DNA of 64,000 nt from an uncultured candidatus Porisulfidus sp. (GCA_965215125.1 OZ244052.1:1242468-1306467); one strand, 5' to 3'; numbered from the stretch's first letter, positions 28,928 to 38,635 are shown. Program-made: numbers and translations. Notes: generated by a model from the sequence alone, not told the origin.

Positions 28928-29479
28928 TCAGGCTCGTGCTCTAATCGCACTACGCCCCCAAGTCCATACATAAGCTATACCGCTTAGTAAAGTCGTGGTT
29001 GCAACGATATTTATCAGCCCCCCGATCCATTGTGCGGGAACAAAATTGATTTGGCTGTATATCACGATAACGGTGAGCAACAGTTGAAAAAAAGTATTTG
29101 CTTTGCTCAGCATCGAGGGACTTGCACGAAACTTCTCGATGTATAAATAATAGGTATAACCACCGGCTACGATTATCAAATCACGCGCAATAATGAGCAA
29201 AACCAACCAAACCGGTAGCAATCCTATATAAGCTAAGGTTATCGTGGTGCCGATTAGCATAAACTTATCGCAGATCGGATCGAAGAACTCGCCGAAGCGA
29301 GAAACACAATTTAGTTTTTTAGCGAGAAAACCGTCAAATGCATCGGTTAAGCCCATCACAATAATCAGATAGAGCGCGCCGTCAAAGTTGCCGCGCAACA
29401 AAAGATATATCAGCACCGGTATCAACAGTAGCCGGATACCGGTTAATAAATTGGGTATATGTCTCGTTACGTAGTTCAT
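28928..29479 (-). CDS. CDP-alcohol phosphatidyltransferase (PgsA-like)
   Basis: DAFDGFLAKKLNCVSRFGEFFDPICDK matches DGx2ARx8Gx3Dx3D. N-terminal NLLTGIRLLLIP. Confidence 0.8.
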   Translation of the reverse strand: MNYVTRHIPNLLTGIRLLLIPVLIYLLLRGNFDGALYLIIVMGLTDAFDGFLAKKLNCVSRFGEFFDPICDKFMLIGTTITLAYIGLLPVWLVLLIIARDLIIVAGGYTYYLYIEKFRASPSMLSKANTFFQLLLTVIVIYSQINFVPAQWIGGLINIVATTTLLSGIAYVWTWGRSAIRARA

Positions 29480-29508
29480 TATAGTTAATAAAACCTAGCC
29501 TTGAATCA

Positions 29509-29528
29509 GGTAAAATAATTATTTTACC
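29509..29528. promoter_or_regulatory. Perfect 20-bp palindrome in the divergent pgsA-like/purM promoter region
   Basis: GGTAAAATAA|TTATTTTACC, located 23 nt upstream of the purM ATG. Confidence 0.3.
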
Positions 29529-29550
29529 CTAAAGAAGCAAACATATTTTA

Positions 29551-30603
29551 ATGTCCCAAAATAACCCCAAACATTCAAGCGAACATTATCAACAAGCCGG
29601 TGTGGATATTGCCGCAGGTGAGGCGTTGGTCGAGAAAATCAAACCACTTTGCGAACAAACCGTTCGCAAAGGTGTAGTAAGCCACATCGGCGGATATGCA
29701 GGATTATTCGATATAGCGGCTGCAGGCTATAAAGCACCGGTAATGCTCGCTGCAACCGACGGTGTGGGGACCAAGCTAAAACTCGCGCAGGCAATGAATA
29801 AACATGACACCCTAGGCATAGATTTAGTCGCAATGTGTGTCAACGATATCCTCGCACAGGGCGGAGAGCCGCTTATCTTTCTGGATTATCTTGCCTGTGG
29901 AAAACTTGAGGTAGATGCCGCGTACGAGACTATTCAAGGCATCGTGCAAGGATGCAAGGAAGCGAATACTACATTGCTCGGCGGCGAAACCGCCGAGATG
30001 CCGGGGTGTTATCGGCAGGGTGAATACGATCTTGCCGGTTTCGCTGTGGGCTTGGCCGAACGCGGTAGCCTGCTACCCAAGAAAGACATTAAAGCGGGTG
30101 ACATCATCATAGGGATTGCATCGAGTGGTTTGCATTCCAACGGCTATTCGATCGTCAACAAACTCATTGCCGAGCACCGTGTCAAATTGGATGAACCTTT
30201 GGGAGATAGTACGCTCGGAGAACTTTTATTGCGTCCCACAACGATTTATGTACGCACATTATTGCCGTTGATACGGCGAGGATTGATAGCCGCGCTCGCA
30301 CATATTACCGGCGGTGGCATCAGTTCCAACCTGCCGCGTGTTTTACCCGAACACCGCTGTGCTTATATCAATACAGATAGTTGGCAACGACCCGAAGTTT
30401 TTGATTGGTTGCAGACACAATGCAATGTGCCTGCCGAAGAAATGCTAAGTGTCTATAACTGCGGTATCGGTATGGTGTTGATTATCGCCCCGCAACAGCA
30501 AGCCGAAGTTATACGGCACTTAGAACATGCGAAGATGTCTGCATGGCAAATCGGTAAGATCGCATCGCATCAAGAAGCACAACCTTGTGTAATTTATCAT
30601 TAG
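29551..30603 (+). CDS. purM: Phosphoribosylformylglycinamidine cyclo-ligase
   Basis: YQQAGVDIAAGEALV, GGYAGLF, DGVGTKLKLA and LGGETAEMPG motifs. Confidence 0.95.
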   Translation: MSQNNPKHSSEHYQQAGVDIAAGEALVEKIKPLCEQTVRKGVVSHIGGYAGLFDIAAAGYKAPVMLAATDGVGTKLKLAQAMNKHDTLGIDLVAMCVNDILAQGGEPLIFLDYLACGKLEVDAAYETIQGIVQGCKEANTTLLGGETAEMPGCYRQGEYDLAGFAVGLAERGSLLPKKDIKAGDIIIGIASSGLHSNGYSIVNKLIAEHRVKLDEPLGDSTLGELLLRPTTIYVRTLLPLIRRGLIAALAHITGGGISSNLPRVLPEHRCAYINTDSWQRPEVFDWLQTQCNVPAEEMLSVYNCGIGMVLIIAPQQQAEVIRHLEHAKMSAWQIGKIASHQEAQPCVIYH

Positions 30604-30619
30604 TACGCCGAGTTAGTCG

Positions 30620-31258
30620 GTGAAACGAATCGTTGTTTTAGTCTCCGGTCGCGGGAGTAATTTAGAAGCACTGATCGCAGCAACTAAAGCAGGTTCTATC
30701 AACGGTGAAATCGTATGCGTGATCAGCGATCGCACTGATGCAATCGCGTTGCACAAGGCACAATACGAGCAGATTGCCACATCGGTGGTTGATGACCAAG
30801 CCGATTCCACCGACAGTGTGTATTTTGAAACCGCTTTAATTGAAAACATACGACAACATCAACCCGACTTGATATTGTTGGCAGGCTTTATGAAGATATT
30901 GAGTCCCCGTTTTGTCGACACTTTTGAAGCGCATATTCTAAATATCCACCCGTCTTTATTGCCGGCGTATAAAGGGTTGGATACACATCGACGAGTTCTG
31001 GAAGCGGGTGAGCGGTTTCACGGCTGTAGCGTGCATTTTGTGACCTCCGAATTGGACGGCGGACCGGTGATAATACAAGCGCGTGTTGCCGTAAAAGAAG
31101 ACGATAACCCCCAAACACTTGCCACACGAGTGCTTGTGCAAGAACACCGCATCTACCCGTATGCAACGGCACTGTTTTGCGAAGATCGCATCATCATGCA
31201 AGCCGAGCAATGCTGGTTGGATAATAAAATTTTAGATCGTCCACTGAGCCTAGATTAA
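30620..31258 (+). CDS. purN: Phosphoribosylglycinamide formyltransferase
   Basis: IVVLVSGRGSNLEALI, LAGFMKIL, NIHPSLLPAYKG and HFVTSELDGGPVI motifs. GTG start. Confidence 0.93.
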   Translation: MKRIVVLVSGRGSNLEALIAATKAGSINGEIVCVISDRTDAIALHKAQYEQIATSVVDDQADSTDSVYFETALIENIRQHQPDLILLAGFMKILSPRFVDTFEAHILNIHPSLLPAYKGLDTHRRVLEAGERFHGCSVHFVTSELDGGPVIIQARVAVKEDDNPQTLATRVLVQEHRIYPYATALFCEDRIIMQAEQCWLDNKILDRPLSLD

Positions 31259-31322
31259 TGTTCACGAATTACTGCCGAGTACAGTTGTTAGTACATCCCC
31301 CTTTTGACGGGGTGGTTATCGT

Positions 31323-32555
31323 TTAATTGCCGAGCTTGCGCGGTACCCGCATTAGAAAAATAATCAACCCGAGTACCAGCATGAAAATTAACGACAACAA
31401 ACCCACCCTCGGATTATCGCTGATATGCGTTGCGGTGCCGAATAGTAGCGGACCTAAAACGACTGCAAACTTGCCCAGCATGTTGTAAATTCCAAAAAAT
31501 TGAGCGGCGTGCTTTTTAGGTACTAACTCGGCGTAGAAAGCGCGGCTCTGGGCTTGTAGCCCACCCTGTACTAAGGCGATTAACACCACTAAAAAATAAA
31601 AACCTGCGATGGATTCTAATAAAGCCCCCCAAATGCAGATAACGATATAAATAATAATGCCGATTACTATCATAAGGTGCGTGCCCAAGCGTTCCGCTAG
31701 ACGACCGTAAATCAAGGTCGCCGGGAAGGCGATGAATTGCACCAGCAATAGAGCAGCTAAGAGATCATTCGTTGAAAATCCGATAACCTGCCCGTAATGC
31801 ACTGCAATTCTGATAACCGTATCTACCGCATCTATATAAAGCCAGTATGCCAATAAAAACCATGCTATGGCAGGTTGGGCACGTAATAGCCTAAGCGGTT
31901 TTAGAAAACCGAAAGCAGACGACTGGCGTTTGTGTCTCTCGCCTACCCATAGAAATAGCGGGATGCTGAATAATAGCCACCATATACCTACTCCGGCAAA
32001 AGTATCTTGCATTTTTTCAATACCGCTTTGCCATATAATCAATACGCTAACAATCAGGGCTATCCCGCCGCCTAGGTAGCCCAAAGCAAAACCGGTTGAC
32101 GAGATACGGTTGTAATAAGTGGGAGAAGTGACGCTGACCAGTAGCGAATCGTAAAAAACATTACCTGCCATAAACATAAAGACCGATAGAACATAACAAG
32201 CGATTGCCGCCTGCCACGCCCCTTCATTGATGAAAGCAAAAGCGATAGTTGCGAGAGATCCGATAAATACGCAAATGGCCAGATAAGGTTTTTTTACCGC
32301 TTTGAGGTCGGCTAAATATCCTATCACCGGTGCCGCCAAGACGAGCAGCAACCCGGACAGCGAAGCGGCAATGCCTAAAAGCAGACTAATTTGGCTATCC
32401 GCTAATTGATTCCCCCAGTAGTCTCTAAATAAAATAGGGAAAAAACCTGCCAATACCACGGTTGCGAAAGCGGAGTTTGCCCAATCGTACAAAGCCCACG
32501 ATAAAGTGGCTTTATTCCATCCCTTGCGGGTTAAACTTTCTAATAAATAGTACAT
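31323..32555 (-). CDS. MFS transporter (UMF1/Atg22-like family)
   Basis: 410-aa protein with ~12 TM segments. N-terminus WALYDWANSAFATVVLAGFFPILF is typical of the UMF1 family. Confidence 0.75.
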   Translation of the reverse strand: MYYLLESLTRKGWNKATLSWALYDWANSAFATVVLAGFFPILFRDYWGNQLADSQISLLLGIAASLSGLLLVLAAPVIGYLADLKAVKKPYLAICVFIGSLATIAFAFINEGAWQAAIACYVLSVFMFMAGNVFYDSLLVSVTSPTYYNRISSTGFALGYLGGGIALIVSVLIIWQSGIEKMQDTFAGVGIWWLLFSIPLFLWVGERHKRQSSAFGFLKPLRLLRAQPAIAWFLLAYWLYIDAVDTVIRIAVHYGQVIGFSTNDLLAALLLVQFIAFPATLIYGRLAERLGTHLMIVIGIIIYIVICIWGALLESIAGFYFLVVLIALVQGGLQAQSRAFYAELVPKKHAAQFFGIYNMLGKFAVVLGPLLFGTATHISDNPRVGLLSLIFMLVLGLIIFLMRVPRKLGN

Positions 32556-32706
32556 AAACTGTATTAATAATTAAAAGTAAGGCGTGATTACAGAAATTTC
32601 AGTATAAAAGAACTGTATTAGAGAAAATTACAAATATACCCTACAAAATATCTCATTATTCTAGTATTATAAGCATGTGCCCCGATACAGACTTAATAAC
32701 AATATC

Positions 32707-33804
32707 ATGAATACGAATAATTTTGGGGGAATAATTATTGATGACACATCGCTGTTCGGTATGTGTGTTTTGTTTGAAAAATCCCAAAGTATTGCGCTGG
32801 ACACCGAATATGTTCGTGAATCCACTTATTATCCGCAACCGTCCTTAGTACAAATCAGCGACGGTACTGTCCATGCGCTATTAGACATCATGGTACTTAA
32901 GGATCTACATCCGTTAAGAAAATTACTTGCGCAACCTACAATCACAAAGATCATTCATAGCTATCAACAGGACCTCATGTTATTGGAGTGCATCGCTTGT
33001 CCTATTAAAGAATCTTTATTCGATACACAGTTGGCGGCATCGTTTCTCGGTTTTGGTCGTATGATTAGCTATCAGGATCTAGTTCGGGAAAGTTTAGGCA
33101 TAAAATTAAAAAAAGGATACGCAAGGTCCGATTGGCTAACTAGACCTTTGTCCAAGGCACAAATCAAGTATGCAATTGAGGATGTTATTTACTTAAATGA
33201 ACTGCGAGATTTATTAAAACAACGATTGCAGGAATCGGGAAAATTAGAATGGTTTGAAGAGGACAGCAAGCGTATTTTAGAGGATTACTATGCACATAGT
33301 TTTGAACGTGCCGTACCTAAAGTATCGGGCGAAGGCCAACTCGTTTCCGCAGACGAGAAAAGGCGTTTAAGAAAACTGGTTGAATGGCGTGAGGAAAAAG
33401 CGATGGAAGTTAATGTACCGAGACGTTGGTTGATTAAAGACGAATTCCTTATAGCGGCCGCTAAAAACCAAATGTCGCTTCGTGCGTTGGCAGAAATTTG
33501 TAAAGATCATACAGATATAGACATAGATGATCTTGAAATGCGTCTGCAGTCTACCGAACCGGTATTTTATGATACCGCTCCTATGTCAATAAAGGACAAA
33601 AAGTTGGTAGAAAAAATAAAACTCGTCGTGTCGCAAACGGCTAAGGATCACGAAATAGACAAGTCTTTAATTGCAAGCTACAAACAGATACTGAAATTTG
33701 TCAGAGATAAACGAAACAGAAAAAATATGGCATTATCGTCCGGCTGGCGTTATCGCATTATCCAGCCGCCGATCCAAGAACTGATCGACGATGATGATAA
33801 TTAA
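32707..33804 (+). CDS. rnd: Ribonuclease D
   Basis: DEDDy 3'-5' exonuclease motifs (IALDTEYVRE, KIIHSYQQDL, YAIEDVIYL) plus an HRDC-like region. Start placed at the ATG giving MNTNNF. Confidence 0.85.
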   Translation: MNTNNFGGIIIDDTSLFGMCVLFEKSQSIALDTEYVRESTYYPQPSLVQISDGTVHALLDIMVLKDLHPLRKLLAQPTITKIIHSYQQDLMLLECIACPIKESLFDTQLAASFLGFGRMISYQDLVRESLGIKLKKGYARSDWLTRPLSKAQIKYAIEDVIYLNELRDLLKQRLQESGKLEWFEEDSKRILEDYYAHSFERAVPKVSGEGQLVSADEKRRLRKLVEWREEKAMEVNVPRRWLIKDEFLIAAAKNQMSLRALAEICKDHTDIDIDDLEMRLQSTEPVFYDTAPMSIKDKKLVEKIKLVVSQTAKDHEIDKSLIASYKQILKFVRDKRNRKNMALSSGWRYRIIQPPIQELIDDDDN

Positions 33805-33879
33805 CTACGCAAGTGCGTTACGTTTGAGATCTCCTCGTCTACGAGTGTCGAAAATAAACCACGAGCACTTGATTATTGA

Positions 33880-34542
33880 TTATGTGCGGCATAAGGTTTT
33901 TACGCCTTGCGGAGTTGCCACCAATAATTCATCGGCATGCCGTTTTGCGAATAGTCCCGATGCCACGACACCGGCCAATTGATTGATATCCGATTCGAGT
34001 TTTAAGGGGTCACTCATATCCAATGCGGTGACATCTAAAATCGTATTTCCGTTATCGCTTAAAAAATTTTCCCGCCATCTAGGTACGCCGCCCATTTTTG
34101 ATAATTCGCGCGCGACAAAACTCCTTGCCATAGGAATCACCTCTACCGCTAAAGGGAAGGTGCCGAACGGTTCGGTGATTTTTGTCTCGTCCACGATACA
34201 TATAAAACGAGAGCTTGCCGTGGCGATGATTTTCTCACGGGTGAGTGCACCGCCGCCGCCTTTAATCAGACATAAGTTTTGATCGGCTTGATCGGCACCG
34301 TCTACATAGAGTGGCAAGGTGTCGGTGGTATTCAAGTCAACCACCGGAATATTCAATGCCTGCAACTGTTCGGTGGTTCTTTTTGAACTTGAGACCGCAC
34401 CCTCTATACGAGTGGATATACGCGCCAATGTAGCAATGAAATAATCTACCGTGGAACCCGTACCCACGCCGACCAAATCGCCGGCTTGTATATATTCTAT
34501 TGCTGCTTCGGCAGCTGTTTTCTTAAGCGTATCAACGGACAT
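33880..34542 (-). CDS. rpiA: Ribose-5-phosphate isomerase A
   Basis: [32 protein letters not shown] and [12 protein letters not shown] motifs. Confidence 0.95.
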   Translation of the reverse strand: MSVDTLKKTAAEAAIEYIQAGDLVGVGTGSTVDYFIATLARISTRIEGAVSSSKRTTEQLQALNIPVVDLNTTDTLPLYVDGADQADQNLCLIKGGGGALTREKIIATASSRFICIVDETKITEPFGTFPLAVEVIPMARSFVARELSKMGGVPRWRENFLSDNGNTILDVTALDMSDPLKLESDINQLAGVVASGLFAKRHADELLVATPQGVKTLCRT

Positions 34543-34609
34543 AATTTCTAATAAACTGCATATTATAAGCAGTTAGATTATACTATTGTTCACTGCAACA
34601 TACGATTTT

Positions 34610-36160
34610 ATGACTCATTCCCGACAAAACATGACTGATATATTTTCAGGCTATATTGAAGCAATTGAAAATTGCAAGGTCTACGATGTGGCCTCCGTTA
34701 CGGCACTGCAAGCTGCCCCCTATTTATCAAATCGCTTCGGGCAAAACATACTTTTGAAACGAGAAGACCAACAGTCGGTTTTCTCGTTTAAACTGCGGGG
34801 CGCATACAACAAAATTGCTCAATTATCGGATAAAGAAAAACAGGCGGGTATCGTCGCCGCTTCGGCGGGTAACCATGCGCAGGGAGTTGCGTTGGCAATC
34901 CAAAGATTGGGTGTCAAAGCAATTATCGTTATGCCGTTGACTACGCCGATGATTAAAGTCAAGGCGGTTGCACTGTTCAACCCGGATATTGTGCGGCACG
35001 GAGACACCTACGACGAGGCATATGCATATGCAGTCAAACTCGCCGCAAAACACGGCTACACTTTCGTACATCCGTACGACGACCCGCAAGTAATCGCCGG
35101 GCAGGGCAGCATCGGCATGGAGATACATCGGCAATGCAAAGAGTCCATAGACGCTGTCTTTGTTCCGGTCGGCGGCGGCGGGTTGATTGCCGGGGTCTCG
35201 CTGTATTTGAAAAAATTCCGCCCGCAAACAAAAATCATCGGGGTTGAGCCCGATGATGCGGCAACCTTATATACTGCCCTGCAGCATGGTAAGGCTGTCA
35301 CGCTGGATAAAGTCGGATTATTCTCCGACGGTACTGCGGTACGATGCATCGGCGAAGAGACTTTCAGAATCTCAAAAGCGTTGGTGGACGAAGTTATATT
35401 GGTCAACACCGATCAGATATGTGCTGCGATCAAAGATAATTTTGACGAAAATCGCACCTTGCTGGAGCCCGCCGGTGCGTTATCGATAGCAGGCTTAAAA
35501 CGCTATATCGCTAAGTACCGATGTCTCAATGAAACTTTGGTCGCTATCGCTTCGGGAGCGAATATCAATTTTGACCGCCTGAAGCATGTTGTCGAACGTT
35601 ATGAGATTGGCGAGGGCACCGAATCCTTGTTGTCAGTGACAATACCGGAGCGACCGGGCAGTTTTGTCGACTTTTGTCGGACTATAGGCAAGCGAAAACT
35701 TACCGAGTTTAATTATCGTTATTCCGACAATGCCGAAGCCCGAGTATTTGTCGGCTTAGAGTTTGAGAATCTCAAGCGCGACAAACCCGAGACCATTGCC
35801 TCATTGCGGCGCAAAGGCTATGAAGTCGTCGATCTCTCGGATAACGAAATGGCAAAACTACATATACGACACATGGTCGGCGGGCATCTGCAAGATAAGC
35901 AAGAAAACGAGCAATTATGTCGTTTTCAATTCCCGGAAAGACCGGGTGCGTTGCTGGAATTTTTGGAGTATTTTGCCACCCAAGACCTGAATATCAGCCT
36001 ATTCCATTTTTCCAGCCACGGTTCGGAATATGGACGCATACTGGTCGGTGTGCAAGTACCGTCCAATAAAATAGATCACTTCAAAAAAGCGATGCGGGAG
36101 TCTCGTTACCAATATCAGGACGAGTCGGATAATCCCGCGTATCAACTATTTTTACGCTAG
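34610..36160 (+). CDS. ilvA: Biosynthetic threonine dehydratase (two C-terminal ACT-like domains)
   Basis: KREDQQSVFSFKLRGAYN (PLP Lys), SAGNHAQGVA and VPVGGGGLIAG motifs. C-terminal regulatory repeats end in NPAYQLFL. Start at 34610 or 34631. Confidence 0.93.
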   Translation: MTHSRQNMTDIFSGYIEAIENCKVYDVASVTALQAAPYLSNRFGQNILLKREDQQSVFSFKLRGAYNKIAQLSDKEKQAGIVAASAGNHAQGVALAIQRLGVKAIIVMPLTTPMIKVKAVALFNPDIVRHGDTYDEAYAYAVKLAAKHGYTFVHPYDDPQVIAGQGSIGMEIHRQCKESIDAVFVPVGGGGLIAGVSLYLKKFRPQTKIIGVEPDDAATLYTALQHGKAVTLDKVGLFSDGTAVRCIGEETFRISKALVDEVILVNTDQICAAIKDNFDENRTLLEPAGALSIAGLKRYIAKYRCLNETLVAIASGANINFDRLKHVVERYEIGEGTESLLSVTIPERPGSFVDFCRTIGKRKLTEFNYRYSDNAEARVFVGLEFENLKRDKPETIASLRRKGYEVVDLSDNEMAKLHIRHMVGGHLQDKQENEQLCRFQFPERPGALLEFLEYFATQDLNISLFHFSSHGSEYGRILVGVQVPSNKIDHFKKAMRESRYQYQDESDNPAYQLFLR

Positions 36161-36444
36161 CTTTTTGCAGTTGCCAAACCGGATATCGCTTTTTTGACCG
36201 AATAGATTAAAAAGATTGCAATCATGACCAGCAATGCCCCGGTGAAAAAGCTAAGTGCGTATAAAGAGATGACGCCACCGATAGCGGCTAATAATATAAC
36301 TGTGTTTATGGTGCCCAATAGTCCTTGGACGAAGTTTCTTTGCATTTTATCTATTAGATTATTAAAAAATAGAAATACGAACCACATAATTATTATCAGC
36401 ACACTACATACTAAAAAATAAAACAAATGCATTAAAAAATCCAT
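36157..36444 (-). CDS. Small membrane protein, unknown function
   Basis: 95 aa with three hydrophobic segments. AAGGAGA Shine-Dalgarno 7 nt upstream of the ATG. Overlaps the ilvA stop by 4 nt. Confidence 0.45.
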   Translation of the reverse strand: MDFLMHLFYFLVCSVLIIIMWFVFLFFNNLIDKMQRNFVQGLLGTINTVILLAAIGGVISLYALSFFTGALLVMIAIFLIYSVKKAISGLATAKS

Positions 36445-36514
36445 AATCGATCTCCTTGAGTTAAACGGTATTTTCGATGTTCCATAATATCATAATTAGT
36501 ATCGTTCACTCATT

Positions 36515-37773
36515 GGGAATTATATAGATAACTTGACAGATTTATTAGACCGCCTTGCTACCCTATCTTTTTGACGCTTCACAGACCAGCCAACGCTGCA
36601 ATCTCCACGCCCGGTTGCGGTATTCCCGACCGCCAAAATGTTTAATGCAGCATTGACATCTGCATTGTCCTCGTGTCCGCAGTGCCGACACTTGAATATC
36701 GCTTGTGTTTTGCGGTTCGCTTTATCTACGCTTCTGCACTTGTTGCAGGTTTGACTTGTATATGCTGGATTGACCTTTCCTACATATGCTTTGTAGCTTA
36801 AGCATTGCTCCAGTTTATACCAGCCACTCTTTAGTATCTCTCTGTTCAAACCTGACTTCGCTCCCACATTCTTGCCCGGGCTGTCTATCGTCCCCTTCGC
36901 CGACTTCGTCATGCCTGCTGTATTCAGTCCTTCCATATAGACGATGTCGTATTTGTCCGCTATTAGCTTGCTGGTTTTATGACACCAATTCGCCCTCGTA
37001 AATCGCTCCGCTTGATACGCTTTCTGTAATTTATACTTCGCTAGCTTACGCCTGTTGCTTCCCTTAACCCGTCTAACAACCATTCGCTGATAACGCTTGC
37101 GTCTTGCTTCCTTACGCTGTAAGTCGGGTAGGTAATACATGGTCCCGTCCGACAATGCTATCTGTCCCACATTCCTATCCAAACCCACTTCCTTTAGCAT
37201 CTGCGATTTGTCCGCTAGCTCCACTTCATAGCAAATATATGCATACCAATTACCACATTCATACTTGACTTGACCCGATACAAACTTCTCACCTTTATAC
37301 CTATCACCACCGGCAAACTTCATCCAGCCTACCTTCTGTATATACAAGTGACAACCCGATAGTTTTGCCGATTGATAATTGATTGGGAATGACGGGCTAT
37401 GCGTATATTTGCCGTGAAACTTCGGCAATCCGTTGTTGCTCTTGAAAAATCCTTTGTATGCTATCTCTATCGGTTGTAATGATGATTTCACGATATAAGC
37501 GGAATAACCTTGCAACCACTTGTCGCAATGCTTTCGCAATGTCGTAAATTGCTTGCCTAGGGTGAAAAAGCTAAACCGGCTCTCGCCATAATACTCGTAT
37601 TCATCCTTTAACTCAGCTACAAAGTGATTCCAAACATAACGACACGCTCCGGCAGTTCCGTGTAATTGCCGATGCTTTTCATAGGTCGCTGGATACAAGC
37701 GATATCTGATTGTTCTATGAGTTTTCATCGATGTAATTTAACATTTCTTTGTCAAGTTATCTATATAATTCCC
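36515..37773 (-). mobile_element. TnpB-only element copy 1 (1259 bp) with 24/25-bp terminal inverted repeats and 8-bp target duplication
   Basis: IR GGGAATTATATAGATAACTTGACA(G) at 36515-36539. Its reverse complement is at 37750-37773. Direct repeat CACTCATT at 36507-36514 and 37774-37781. Confidence 0.85.
36520..37728 (-). CDS. tnpB: TnpB (OrfB_IS605-type RuvC/zinc-ribbon RNA-guided nuclease family)
   Basis: RTIRYRLYP start, RuvC-I GLDRNVG, RuvC-II DIVYMEGLN, zinc ribbon CNKC...CRHC, RuvC-III DNADVNAALNI. The last four codons and the stop lie inside the terminal IR. Confidence 0.9.
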   Translation of the reverse strand: MKTHRTIRYRLYPATYEKHRQLHGTAGACRYVWNHFVAELKDEYEYYGESRFSFFTLGKQFTTLRKHCDKWLQGYSAYIVKSSLQPIEIAYKGFFKSNNGLPKFHGKYTHSPSFPINYQSAKLSGCHLYIQKVGWMKFAGGDRYKGEKFVSGQVKYECGNWYAYICYEVELADKSQMLKEVGLDRNVGQIALSDGTMYYLPDLQRKEARRKRYQRMVVRRVKGSNRRKLAKYKLQKAYQAERFTRANWCHKTSKLIADKYDIVYMEGLNTAGMTKSAKGTIDSPGKNVGAKSGLNREILKSGWYKLEQCLSYKAYVGKVNPAYTSQTCNKCRSVDKANRKTQAIFKCRHCGHEDNADVNAALNILAVGNTATGRGDCSVGWSVKRQKDRVARRSNKSVKLSI

Positions 37774-37841
37774 CACTCATTTATCCGAGAATTATATACT
37801 TTAAGTATGTAAATCATGTTTTACCGATTTCCACTTTGTTT

Positions 37842-38375
37842 TTAGTTCCTTTTAAGCCACTTACATGCTAATCCATAAGTTGTAACTTGAGGCTCAACAT
37901 TCTTCTTAGGGTGGATATTAGATTTTAGTATCTCAAATACAGGTTCGCTATCTAACCTAAACTTGATTTGTTTATAATGGCTTTTGCTATCATGTCTATC
38001 CTCAATCTGCCCTATTTGCTTATTATGCAATAATGAAAAAAACACTACTTTTTGATCATCCATTTGTTTACTGTGCCTGGCTTTAGAATTGCGGAGCGAG
38101 ACATTAGTGCATAAAGTGTCAACTACTTTATTCTTGTGGAATACATGAAAATGTTTTTTCTCTTTCAAGTCTTTTGCGAGACCAGGATATATACTAAGAT
38201 AATCGGCATTCCCACCATCAAATAATGCCTTAGCAAGTAATGATGCTAACATTTTTGGTTTGTTTAACTCTTCTAAGAGTCTTCTCATGTGTGGCTGAAG
38301 TCGTAGCTTTGCAGCTGTTTTATTAGAAAGATATTCATCATAAGTTGTTGGGTATGCATCAAGACAATCAATCAT
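37842..38375 (-). CDS. Hypothetical protein; candidate C-terminal part or second subunit of a restriction endonuclease
   Basis: 177 aa with no recognised motif. Sits 17 nt downstream of the 80-aa ORF, in a different frame, in the methyltransferase operon. Confidence 0.4.
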   Translation of the reverse strand: MIDCLDAYPTTYDEYLSNKTAAKLRLQPHMRRLLEELNKPKMLASLLAKALFDGGNADYLSIYPGLAKDLKEKKHFHVFHKNKVVDTLCTNVSLRNSKARHSKQMDDQKVVFFSLLHNKQIGQIEDRHDSKSHYKQIKFRLDSEPVFEILKSNIHPKKNVEPQVTTYGLACKWLKRN

Positions 38376-38392
38376 TATGTTTGCAATGTTCC

Positions 38393-38635
38393 CTAATCCT
38401 TGAAAGATAGTGTTAGTTTTAAGGCGATTTTACTGTATAAGAAAATCTGCCACCGCTCCCCAGCTTTTACTGAGTGATACCTGTCTTGTTCATCCGCAAC
38501 ATCTTTTTTGTCTGTATGATGCCCTCTTTGTACATGACCACCAATTAGTTCAGCAAAATGCTCTTCATTTGCATGCCCAGCTCTTTTTACCATGCTTGCG
38601 TGTTCGCTGGTCATAGCTCTTCGTTTGGGCATCAT
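38393..38635 (-). CDS. Hypothetical protein with PD-(D/E)xK-like motif; candidate nuclease (N-terminal part or small subunit)
   Basis: 80 aa. ...TDKKDVADEQDRYHSVKAGERW resembles D-x(n)-(D/E/S)-x-K nuclease cores. Its start overlaps the methyltransferase stop by 4 nt. Confidence 0.4.
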   Translation of the reverse strand: MMPKRRAMTSEHASMVKRAGHANEEHFAELIGGHVQRGHHTDKKDVADEQDRYHSVKAGERWQIFLYSKIALKLTLSFKD

